This document shows positions 9,707-19,800 of a DNA stretch of 35,615 nt, piece after piece. The stretch is from positions 124,001 through 159,615 of the forward strand of contig JAUGWO010000057.1 of assembly GCA_049724395.1 (NCBI GenBank), read 5' to 3'. Origin of the DNA: Spongospora subterranea f. sp. subterranea (lineage: Eukaryota). Both the position numbers and the translations under genes were made by a program. The notes under the pieces are model-generated. The model saw only the letters and a program-made list of their open reading frames with translations. It searched no databases and was not told the DNA's origin. The first letter of the stretch is position 1; every line of letters begins with the position of its first letter.

Positions 9707-10589
9707 TGATTCAAACGATATCACTTTGTGATCCAGTTGTCAGGACGTCAAGGTGTCTAGAAACTCCGCTGCGGCATCGCCGCCACGGTATATCGTCCTG
9801 GACTAATATTAGGGCTCACTGGTAGGTCTGGATAATGCGCAAAATTCGGAGAATAGGTCAATTTGGTCTGTACACTGAACCTTGTGGAGCCCATTTGCGC
9901 TGTTTCCCTGTCAGAACGTCCAACCCTTATTATTCCCGTAGAGGGCACATCCAAAACTCATTTAGAGCCGTTGGGTCGATTTTCGACCCACCAGGGGGCA
10001 CATCTTCTCGAACTGTATTGCCTAACCCGGGACAGAAGTTTCCAATATTAATTTTTAGTATAAATATGCACAATTTTTTTTTGGGTCAAGCCAGTCATTC
10101 GCGATATGAAATTACTGAACGCTGACCGCCATGCACTGTTAAGGGTTTGTCTGATGCGGAATATAAAATTCTAAAAGTAACAGATTTGATTGCTGTACGA
10201 TACGAACAGCATCAACGCTCTATGGTTCTGTTAAGAGCACGATATAGCACTTCTGTAGAATGAACTTGTCATGTGATTCTGATATTCAGTCAAACGATGA
10301 CGACCGAGGGTCGATCTTACAACTTCCAAAAACCATCAGTGGTGACATTTCTCAAGATTGGTTTGCGACGTTAGTACAACCCGCCGTGTTTTCTTCAATT
10401 TTGATCATGTGTTCATTGCGGACCCTGGAACTTTTCACTAGAAACATCAGATGGATAGAATCAATCTGGCTGTCGTCAGACACAAGACGAAATGGCAACT
10501 CATTGTTTGCCAGTTCGTTGTTCCGATGCGCGGTCGATGCAGACATCAGGCACCTAAAAAGTGTCGGAGCGAAACATTCAGGGAAACCA

Positions 10590-12800
10590 TGAATCCAGTG
10601 TTGACAACAGAAAACTTCGGAGGGAATGAACACATACGACATTGGCATGAGAAGAATTACTAGAGAAATATTCAGAGTATTACTCCCCGACGCTTCTTTC
10701 AACCAAATTCATGAAACATGCCTCGCTGGCTGATATGTTTATCTTTTGAGTAGAGTCCAGGTCGCAGTTGGTTTCTCGTTTCGATGATATGGGGGTGATC
10801 GCCCTTTCCCAATCATACCGTGAATGTAAGCGTCCACAGAGAATTGCTTGCTTCTCTGCTGATCCAAAGAGTGCCCTCTTGATGAATTCAGTAACGGCTG
10901 ATCACCTGAGTGAACCCGATTTCCTCAGGAGATCTGTGATTCCAAAGGTAACCGGTCGTCGTCACAGCTGCTACGCATCTGTCAAACAACCTTTCCTAAT
11001 TCATTTTCTGAATACACCACTGAAGTTGTCAAGTGTGAACCAAAAAAGTAGGAAACCTCTCTGATATCAGATAATCTCAGGAACTATGCTCATAAAGACA
11101 AGTGCATCTTTTCACACATGTGACGTGCTAAACAGAGGGTAATTTTGGTGGAAATTGGGTTCACGACCAATTACAGCCACTTTGGATATGATGTATTCGT
11201 CATAATAACGCTTTAGAATGTGTGTGGCAAGTGCCTGTCGTTGGAAGATGCCTCACACTGTGTGAATTCTTCACATTTGCACAAAGCTGGTCACCGCCGT
11301 AAACCTAGTCCAGTCCCAGATTATTTCTCTTTTCGTTCATGGAGGTGATCGATGTATCCCAAGGATTCCAAAGCGCAAGCGTCCACAGAAAAATGTTTGC
11401 TTCTCTGATACGCAGGGCATCCGCAGAGAATTGAACGCTTTTCTGTGGACGCTTTTGCGTTTTCGTCTTCATTGGGAATACAAGATCACCTTCATCATCG
11501 AAACGAGAAATCATCTGAGATTAAACTACTGCGGCGACCAGCTTTGTGTGTAAAACCCTTATCCACTTTCTATCAGTATTGCACTGAATTTGACAAGCCC
11601 GATATTTCAATAATTGCACTTTTCAGAATGAGCCAAGCTGTTCCCAAATTTGTGTGGTTCACAGTTAAGAGTCATGGACTTGCTCGTTGATATATAGATG
11701 CCAGGGTACCGGCGAGTTCGATTGATATGGACCGATCTTGAAATCCGGAATCTCCTGATGCCATTTGCGGAATCCACCACGACGACACTCAGGGCGTCAG
11801 CGCCGCGGAGATCTTTGATTGAAGGCGATCACCTACATTGTGTCCCTACTCTGCAAATCATTTCATCAACGGCCGATGCATCAGAGCCAGCGAGAAAAAG
11901 AATTGTCGATAAGAAACTCAGAGCGGTGAACATGTAAGATTCATTAATTGAATAATCATTGCAAAATTTTTCAACACCCGTGTCCTATGAATGAATCTCA
12001 TTCTGCGCTTGTCTCCCTTCATCGCTGAAATCATGAAGTTCATGAACAGTTAGCTCAAAGGTCAAACGTCCAGGAACGTTCCACTCCATGGTCAACCCTG
12101 GTTCCTCCGTTACGCTTTTTGACCAGACATTATTGGAAGGGCAATAGACATTAAACATTTGAGCGCATTTTAAACGTTGCCGAGACGTGCGGGTTGAGTG
12201 AGACAGGAAAGGCCAATGTCACCTTATTATAGCGATCGGCAATATAAATACCTGAGCAGCAGCTGTTGAGAATACCAGACGATACTTTTCATTCCTGGTG
12301 ACCTCTGAAAAGCAGAGTAGGTTTTTCAACTGGTTTGGTTCACAATCTGAAGCTTATCTAACTCTTATCTACAAGTCGGCTCGGTGTTTTATGCATTTAT
12401 TTTGATGGTTGCTTGTTGACAGAAATGAGTGCCACCTCCCAATCGATTGGTGGAGCCAGTCCTTGGAGTTCGAAATGTCCAGATCTCTGAACTGCAGTCG
12501 GGCGACTATTCGTTCCTGAATCCACCACGACGATAGTCGGGGCTTCAGCGAAGCTGACACATCTCCGTTTTACGGGATTCTTGGAAAGGGCGATCACCTC
12601 CAGTATCAAAACAAGCGACATTCTGAGACTGGACTTTTACGGATGATGCATCATGGCCAAGCGAGGCGTGTCCATGAGTTTTGTTGACAAAAGTGTCGAA
12701 AAGAAACCTCTGAATAAGTCTTTGCTCAATTTTCTCACGTCACTATGTCTTTTTTCTGAGTGTTCTGTTGTCAAATCTTGATTCCTGAGTTCTATAGACA
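10590..12800. pseudogene. Cluster of degenerate copies of an unknown gene family in both orientations
   Basis: 10590-10900 aligns with the reverse complement of ~12560-12790 (shared catgcctcgct / agtccag / ggtgatcgccctttcc). Further copies lie at 11335-11408, 11408-11540 and 11720-11845. Confidence 0.6.
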
Positions 12801-12889
12801 GTTTTATCTGATAGAGTCTCTCTTGATATATACATAATCGTTGAAACCTTAGAGTCGACGGTCGACGTGCATGAGCTATAAAACTGGGC

Positions 12890-13095
12890 TTATGACACAG
12901 CCATGAAGTTGACGTCCTAACAGGAGAAAAAGTTCGACGAGTACGCGGCTACAATGGGTCGGCAGTTTGACGTCAGAGCCAAGGTTCTCCGGTCGAACGA
13001 CAGTGGCGAATACTCGGCTTGGGAGCTCCATCATTATCTGAAGAACGAGGGCGTCGTAATGTATTACGAGACGGACAGTTTTGCAGAACAATATA
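12890..13095 (+). mobile_element. Short Ty1/copia integrase-core fragment
   Basis: + strand reads KKFDEYAATMGRQFDVRAKVLRSNDSGEYSAWELHHYLKNEGVV, a decayed LRSDNGGEY motif. Confidence 0.7.
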
Positions 13096-13189
13096 TTGAT
13101 CCTTTTTTCATTATCCACCGGTGATTAGCCGATGAATCCGACACATTGCGGGCCACAATTCGGTCAATCAGCCGCCCAATCGTGGCGCC

Positions 13190-16142
13190 TATTGAGGAAC
13201 GCTGTCTTGACGTCCATCTGGTGTACGACCAGACCCATCTTGGCCGCCAGTGCAAAGATGATCCGCATCGCACCGTTATGCAATGTCGGAGCGAACGTAT
13301 CCTTGAACTTCTCCAACTTATCGCAACAGCCCTTGACAGTATATCGGCATTTGTAGCGCTCGATCTCCCCTTCTTTATGGTTTTATCACCATCTTTGTCG
13401 ACAGTACTGGCGCATCAGCTGGCCGATCTGCCAATTTGGCAACGTGGTGAGCCTTGATTGATTCAATCTCCTCCATCTCCGCTTCACGCCACTTTTCAGC
13501 ATTGTTGCTTGCTGCTGCCTCGATCTCGTTGGCCGGATCTCTTTCCAACAGAAGCGCCGGTGTTGCCGGATCCGACAATGTGCTGCCAGATCCAATCGTA
13601 CTATCACCTTCATCCGATTCTTGGTCGTCTTCATCTGTTCTTTTGCCGCCCGATGTCGTGACATATCAAAATCTTCATCCGATTCTTGGTCGTCTTCATC
13701 TGTTCTTTTGCCGCCCGATGTCGTGACATATCAAAATCTTCATCCGATTCTTGGTCGTCTTCATCTGTTCTTTTGCCGCCCGATGTCGTGACATATCAAA
13801 ATCAGTCTCGTGTTGGATCTTTTTGGGCCATCGTCGCTCAGGTGGTCACTGCTGCCCGCTTCGGCATTCTTGTTATCTTTACACATTTCGGGATCAGACG
13901 GTGGAGCATCATCGTCATCACCGCCCGAACAGTCTTGACTGGTCGCGATGATATGTTGTAATTGAAGCGTCGCCTCATTCACTCCGGGGGACTTCATCCC
14001 TTCGTATCTTCATAGTGAATGACTTCTCTTGACTCGATTATTTTCCGGGATCTCCATTCGAGAACCACCCGACCACCCAGGCTTTCTTATTTGGCGACAC
14101 CTCTAGATGTACCCCTCGTCTAGATGTACCCCTCGCTCTGCCTCGTCCTCCAACTTGTGTTTCGTCGCTCGGCGAATCATCACCCAGAATTCACAGCACC
14201 AAACTCGATAACTCGTTAGGTCGCTATCTCCCGACCCTGCGAGAGACACTCGATCGGGGTTGTCTTTCCGTCTGACATATGGCGTTCTTTCGCCAACATT
14301 GCTTTGGAACTTGCGACAGAGCTCGTGCAGCTCGCATCATGTTCACGATTATTCCTCCGATCTCCTTAGCCAAACCGTTCTGAAACGGACGATCCGTGTC
14401 GCTCATCTCAACATGGATCCTTTGGTTTTTCACTGCCTTCAGAAATTTGCCACCCATCTTGATCGACGCGTAATATCTGCAGTTTCTTGCCGGATATGCC
14501 CTCGAATCGAGCAATTGCTTGACGCTCATGATCCTTCTGATCGCTTCTTTTCTTCAATGGAACTGTAATTGCTGCGCCTGATCAATGCTCCACATAAATC
14601 GCCAAGTATCCGCCTCTTTCATGGGATCACACTCTCAATTGCTGGAGATCGCAACCAACCACATCCATCAATTTTATTTCGCGGGTGCGTTGCTTTGGAA
14701 TGTGTCTATTCTTCAGATTAGCTTGGAAACAAGTCTTGCAGTTAAACTTCCCATTGAATGATTCAATGTTCAGGCCCATTGCAGTATTGTTTCACTCATC
14801 TTGAGCAGCGTCTCGATCGCAAGATCTTCGCACCTAGCATGTGCCAACTCAGAAGAAATTTTGCCTCTTGGCCGAATGGGTGCTCTTGACTCTATATGAA
14901 CGGGGGGCGAACATACCACCACCTTCACCGAAAATCCTGCTCTTTATGGAGGTCTAGGTACATGAACCCTTTTCTCATCGTTGCTGTAACCAATATCTCA
15001 CCGTTAACAACAATCTTTCCTGAACGCTGTAGTTCCAAGTATTTTCCTTCGTTGCCGAGGTGCTTCAGCGCCGATCATACTGAAAAGATATTTGCCATCG
15101 CATTCGGCACAAACGCCACGTCTTTCAGCATACGTTCTTGACCATTCGCCATCTTCAAGCGGACGTCTCCTCGTCCCTTCACTTGAACTCGATCCCTGGG
15201 CACAGTGCCTCCGATCGTCTCGCCATCCTTATCCATATTCATCTTCAACTTGATGAAATGTTCCTTCTGGGTGCTCACATGTCCGCATGGAGCAGCATTG
15301 TCCACGACAAAGTCCCGTAATCCTTTTCGTGGAACTTCTTTCTCAACTCCTGTCAACGTATGCAATGCCAATGAAATGTCAGCAGTTCCTGCATGATTCC
15401 ATCAACGGCCTCGGCCTCTGCCCCGACGCCCTACATCGCCGTCTCTACCGCGATGAGTGATCTTGTCGCCGCCCACTCCTTGAGCTCTGATTGCGATGAC
15501 CTTTCCCTCCACATGCCCAGCATTCACATTTGAATGTGGTACACCATAGTTTGTCGTCATCACAACGCCTTCAGTGCGACGTCGCTTGGATCAGGGCGAT
15601 TACATCTTCGCGAACTTTCTTTGGTGTCATCAAGTCTGATGTTCCAGATAGTCTTAACAGTTTGAGATGTTCGAACTCAAACTGGCAACGACATAATCAT
15701 CCAAGTCGCCAAATCGGCCTCCGTCAGCCTGCTGCATCATCAGCCTTTTTGTACGGCCAGCTAGATTCTACATTCGGACTAAATGCTGATTTGCATCTTC
15801 CGCTGCAGCACCTTTCTCTAGGTACATGGCGTTCAGCTCGCCGATGAGCGTCGCCACCGTTTGCCCGGTACTCCCGGCAAACTCGTCCTGAAGCGCCTTC
15901 CACGCTGCGAGTGGATCTTGATCACAGTCCATGATCAAGTGGAGATGTCCAGAGTCCAAATTCTTGACGACCGCGTTCATCGCCGCATTCTTCTTGGCAG
16001 CGTCTGCGGTTTCGGAACCTTCGACGGCTTCGAGTCAACCCTGCGCTGTCAGCATCACCTTCATGGCGAACGACCATGGAGGGTAATCGCTGTCGCATTT
16101 TAACGCGATATCAATCTTGACTTTGTTATCGCCAACAACCAT
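13190..16142 (-). mobile_element. Ty1/copia internal region: gag, Zn knuckle, protease, integrase and RT N-terminus (degenerate, no LTRs seen)
   Basis: ATG at 16142 MVVGDNKVK..DYPPWSFAMKVML..AWKALQDEF (gag); CWACGGKGH; FVVDNAAPCGHV..VKGRGDV..LKDVAFVP..NIFSV (protease); CKTCFQAN and PFQNGLA (integrase); KWREAEMEEI..RYKCRYTVKG..DTFAPT..HQMDVKTAFLN (RT). Confidence 0.9.
13608..13802. repeat. Three identical 65-bp tandem units in the copia IN-RT linker
   Basis: Unit cttcatccgattcttggtcgtcttcatctgttcttttgccgcccgatgtcgtgacatatcaaaat starts at 13608, 13673 and 13738. Confidence 0.95.
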
Positions 16143-16215
16143 TGCTCTACAGAGTGAGGACCACGATTCCTTCAATCAGCATAATTGTGTGGGTATGCGA
16201 TCCGACTCGATCCGC

Positions 16216-16702
16216 CTGAAACGGACGATCCGTGTCGCTCATCTCAACATGGATCCCTTGGTCTTTCACTGCCTTCAGAAATTTGCCATCCATGAATTCG
16301 CCACCTTGATCGACGCGCAATATCTGCAGTTTCTTGCCGGATATGCGCTCGAATCGAGCAATTGCTTGAGTCCATGACCCTTCTGATCACTTTTCTTCTG
16401 CAGTGGAACTCTAATTGCTGCTCCTGATGTATGCTCAACATATACATCGCCAAGTATCCGTCTCCCATATGCGATCGCACTTCAAATTGCTGGAGATCGC
16501 AACCGACTACATCCATCAACTTCAAGTCGCGGTGCGTTGTTTTGGAAATGTTTCTATTCTTCAGATTAGCTTGGATACAAGTCTTGCAGTCAAACTTCTC
16601 AATTGGATTCAATGTTCAGGCCCATTGCAGTATTGTTCTCACCCATCTTGAGCAGCGTCTCGATCGCAAAATGTCCACACCTAGCGTGGGCCAGCTCAGG
16701 AG
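16216..16702 (-). mobile_element. Second, diverged copy of the copia integrase segment
   Basis: Direct repeat of 14380-14853 (ctgaaacggacgatccgtgtcgctcatctcaacatggatcc ... catcttgagcagcgtctcgatcgcaa); KFDCKTCIQANLKNR. Confidence 0.9.
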
Positions 16703-16719
16703 GTTGCGACATTACAGAC

Positions 16720-17140
16720 GAAAACATCGGGCCGAACACCTACCCAATTAGAGAAGCTTTAGGAGTACTCATGTTCATTGCGAACGCGACACGACCAGAT
16801 ATAGTCTACATCGTTAACAAACTGAGCCGATCCGTGTCGAAACTAACAACACAACTCTGGAGAAACGTCCAACGGATATTTAAGTACCTGAAGGGAACGA
16901 CAATTTATGGACTACTGTTCGGCAGGCCTGATGAGGCAATCGCCTGTTATGCCGACAGCAGCTTCGCTGACGACGTTAATGATCGCAACTGGATGGTTAT
17001 TGATGTTCGGACAAGATATCATATCGTGGGCGATCAACCAAGCAGAAATCTGTGGCGCTATCAACCACTGAATCAGAATATATGGCCTGTTGTGATGTGG
17101 CAAAGGGGAGAACTTATATCAAGAAACGTTCGAAACGAAG
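16720..17140 (+). mobile_element. Ty1/copia RT C-terminus and RNase H fragment
   Basis: YPIREALGVLMFIANATRPDIVY.VNKLSR..W..VQRIFKYLKGT..GLLF..YADSSFADD; next frame QKSVALSTTESEYMA. Confidence 0.9.
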
Positions 17141-17499
17141 GGGCGTGTCAGATTGAGACGATCCTAACGTACTGTTCATCCTATTGCTACTCGTACGATC
17201 TTTCATAGATTCTAAATAAACGCTTCTTGTTTTTCCGTCCTAATCTATACTCTACCGGTCGATATGGGCGCGAACACGAAACCAAATCGCTTGAACCGAT
17301 TCATCATTGCGTCAACGACGGTTCCAATGATCGGCGTTTGTGCAGGGTATAAGTTCGACGAAGTTGCTAAAGTCGTCCTTCGAAAACCAATATTTACTTG
17401 AAAAGATTCCAGCACTGCGGCGACTTTTTGCTAATTAATAGATGTCGTAGTGGATGACTTTGTTCGGTTGTTCTGCGTCAACTACATTTCCGAACGAAC

Positions 17500-18430
17500 G
17501 TGCGGAATACGTTTTACCATTCACGCGGATGCAGTGTCAACAGTGCAGAACGAAATCGTTCACCGTCGACTTCATATTTGGCCACAAGAAATGCTTGGCG
17601 ATTGCGGCAAGCATGGCGTCGAGAACAAGATGAGCTGAGAGTCCCATATGGGCGATAACACAAATGCCGATCAGCAAAGTCTCTGTAGGAATCCATATCT
17701 GATTGTCGCGGGTCTTCCACGCCAAATCAGTCGCGTCAATGACCAGTTCGGTGACGTCGTTCAAGATGAAAACACTGCCATCGTGTGAGCGATTTGAAGA
17801 ATGAATAAAACCTGACTGGGCTCTAAAGGTTTCAGCAAGCGTTGGCCATACAAAAGATTCGCGGAATTGGTAATCGTCGAACGAGACGCGCTGACGCTTG
17901 GCTTTGATGATTGCGTCATCGCCATTCGGTTTGACGGAAAAGCACCCTCGGGTCCCAAGATCGGCCCAGACGTTGACTTCTCCAGCCGTGTGCTAGATGT
18001 CGAAATGATATTGAGAGAGGTGCACTTCCCATCGGGCGAGGCGGTCCTTCGAGTGACGGGAAATTGATGATGTTGGTGATGTTGGGTCGAGGACGTTGAC
18101 CAAGTTACGATGATCGGTAAATATTGTAAATGGGTGCTGGGTCTGGAGGAAGTGTTTCAGACGATGGGCCCCTTCCACGTTAGGGAAACCCTCTTTCTCT
18201 ATCGTTGCCCAGCGCAGTTGACTTACTTTTAAACGCGCCACTGATAAAGCCAATGGTTCATGTTGTTGTTTCGAGAATTCTTTGCCTATGTGAGCGGGAT
18301 CTGCGTTAAGAAAACTGACCAGAATCCGTTAGAAGCATCAGGAAAAAAGCAAGTCGTCCTTAACGTGGGCCATGGTTATCAATTTGGTGAGAACTTGTTT
18401 GCATTAAAAAAACGTTTGGCGTGTTCAGAC
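17500..18430 (-). mobile_element. Ty3/gypsy pol fragment: RNase H and integrase H2C2 region
   Basis: DASNGFWSVFLTQI; WATIEKEGF; FTIFTDHRNL; LARWEVHLSQYHFDI; IWIPTE..IAHMGLSAH..HFLWPNMKSTVNDFVLHC. Confidence 0.85.
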
Positions 18431-18469
18431 GTCCACCCCCCTTGATGAATGATATTTACGCGTCGCGAT

Positions 18470-18947
18470 TGTGTTTGCTTGAATGAATCGACAGATTTCG
18501 GAGCAGCGGACTACTGTTGCTGCAAAAGGATCGCATTCACGAGTGCCGAAGATCGGGTACTCAGTTACTTTACGTCTTTCAACACTTCAATCAGGGACCT
18601 TTGGTCTGGACACCATCTACAACGCCGACGGAAAGAAATCAGCGAAACGCAGAATCGCAGTTCTGTTGGAAGGACAAAGTCCACCAGCCCTGAAAGCTGC
18701 AGTCGAACAGCAGCCAGAATTCGGTGACGACGATGAAGTGAAGCACAACGTGCCCAAGACATTCAAACTGATTCTGACGACGGCGAAGGACCAGGACAGA
18801 TTCCAACGCCACACCAGATGGTCGTCTGATTACCCATATCATAAACCACGAGTCGATCAAGGTCAAAGTTGTACCAATAATTCCTCTCAATTAAAGCGTC
18901 CAAGCAATCACGCGACGGCAGACCAGGAATTCGAAAGAGGTTCCTGA
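18470..18947 (+). mobile_element. Probable gypsy-type gag fragment
   Basis: VLLEGQSPPALKAAVEQQ..VKHNVPKTFKLILTTAKDQ resembles gag of protist/oomycete gypsy elements (from memory) and abuts the gypsy pol fragment. Confidence 0.4.
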
Positions 18948-19800
18948 GTACCTGAAGAAGAGCTACGAAGCAAAGCCGATTCCAGTCAATGGTTGTCTGA
19001 TTTTTAAAGGCCCGATTTGGTTCAGATCTGCCCCAAGGCGACGGCAAAAGAGCGAATTTATGTCCTAGACAATTTCCGCTTCGAACGTGACAAGTCGTTG
19101 AATCTCAACAAACTGCACATGGTTGACAGCGTTGACATTCCATTCAAGTCTGCCACAAAGTACCAGGTCAAGTTGAATGACTGTCTCACATTGCCCTGTG
19201 AACTGGAGAACTTGACTCTCGCCATCACGCCCCTGTTTGTCGACCGCGAGTACTGACTCTCGCGTGCAGGCGTCGTGTAGAACAATATATAGCATCTCAC
19301 AATCCGTATTGCATAACCCATTATGATTTCTCCGAAAAATCGGTTCGACATCATCTCGACAAGCCGATTTGTCGTGATGCGTTTTCCCATTTATTCAGTA
19401 AATAATTGGGTTTGTGTTAAACATTTTACGTTTATCCAGGTACACGATTTCCAACCCGAAGATGAGCTGGGTGTTCTCTATATGGGGTGGGATCTATTGT
19501 CATCCCTTCCAATGCCATCATATCTGATGGTAGCCGACTCCACCCATTCATCAGACTCAACAACAAAATCAATCGCCATCGATCGAGCGTGAGTTGCCTA
19601 CCTAGTTCATAGCGGAGGAAGGTGTTGAATCCACATATGTATCTCGGCCAATGTTGGCCAGACCCCAACAGAATTATACCGAGAAAAGTTTTGATATGAA
19701 TACAACAGAGATAACCCTATAACCCCTTGTGAAACTACCACAGGTTTATTTGACTTCATCTACCTTATTTTTTTAAGTCATTTGGATTGCCAACACTTAT

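Noticed and set aside
11305..12621. PP1-docking RVxF motifs (KSVQF, RCVSF, and ERVSF at ~24280) suggesting phosphatase-targeting effectors
   Set aside because: They lie exactly antisense to the IHHDDTQG frame, which shows more synonymous changes and shares a strand with the conserved intron. Not fully excluded, but likely a shadow frame.
14102..14135. 16-bp direct duplication tctagatgtacccctc as a TSD
   Set aside because: The copies are adjacent with nothing inserted between them; simple slippage.
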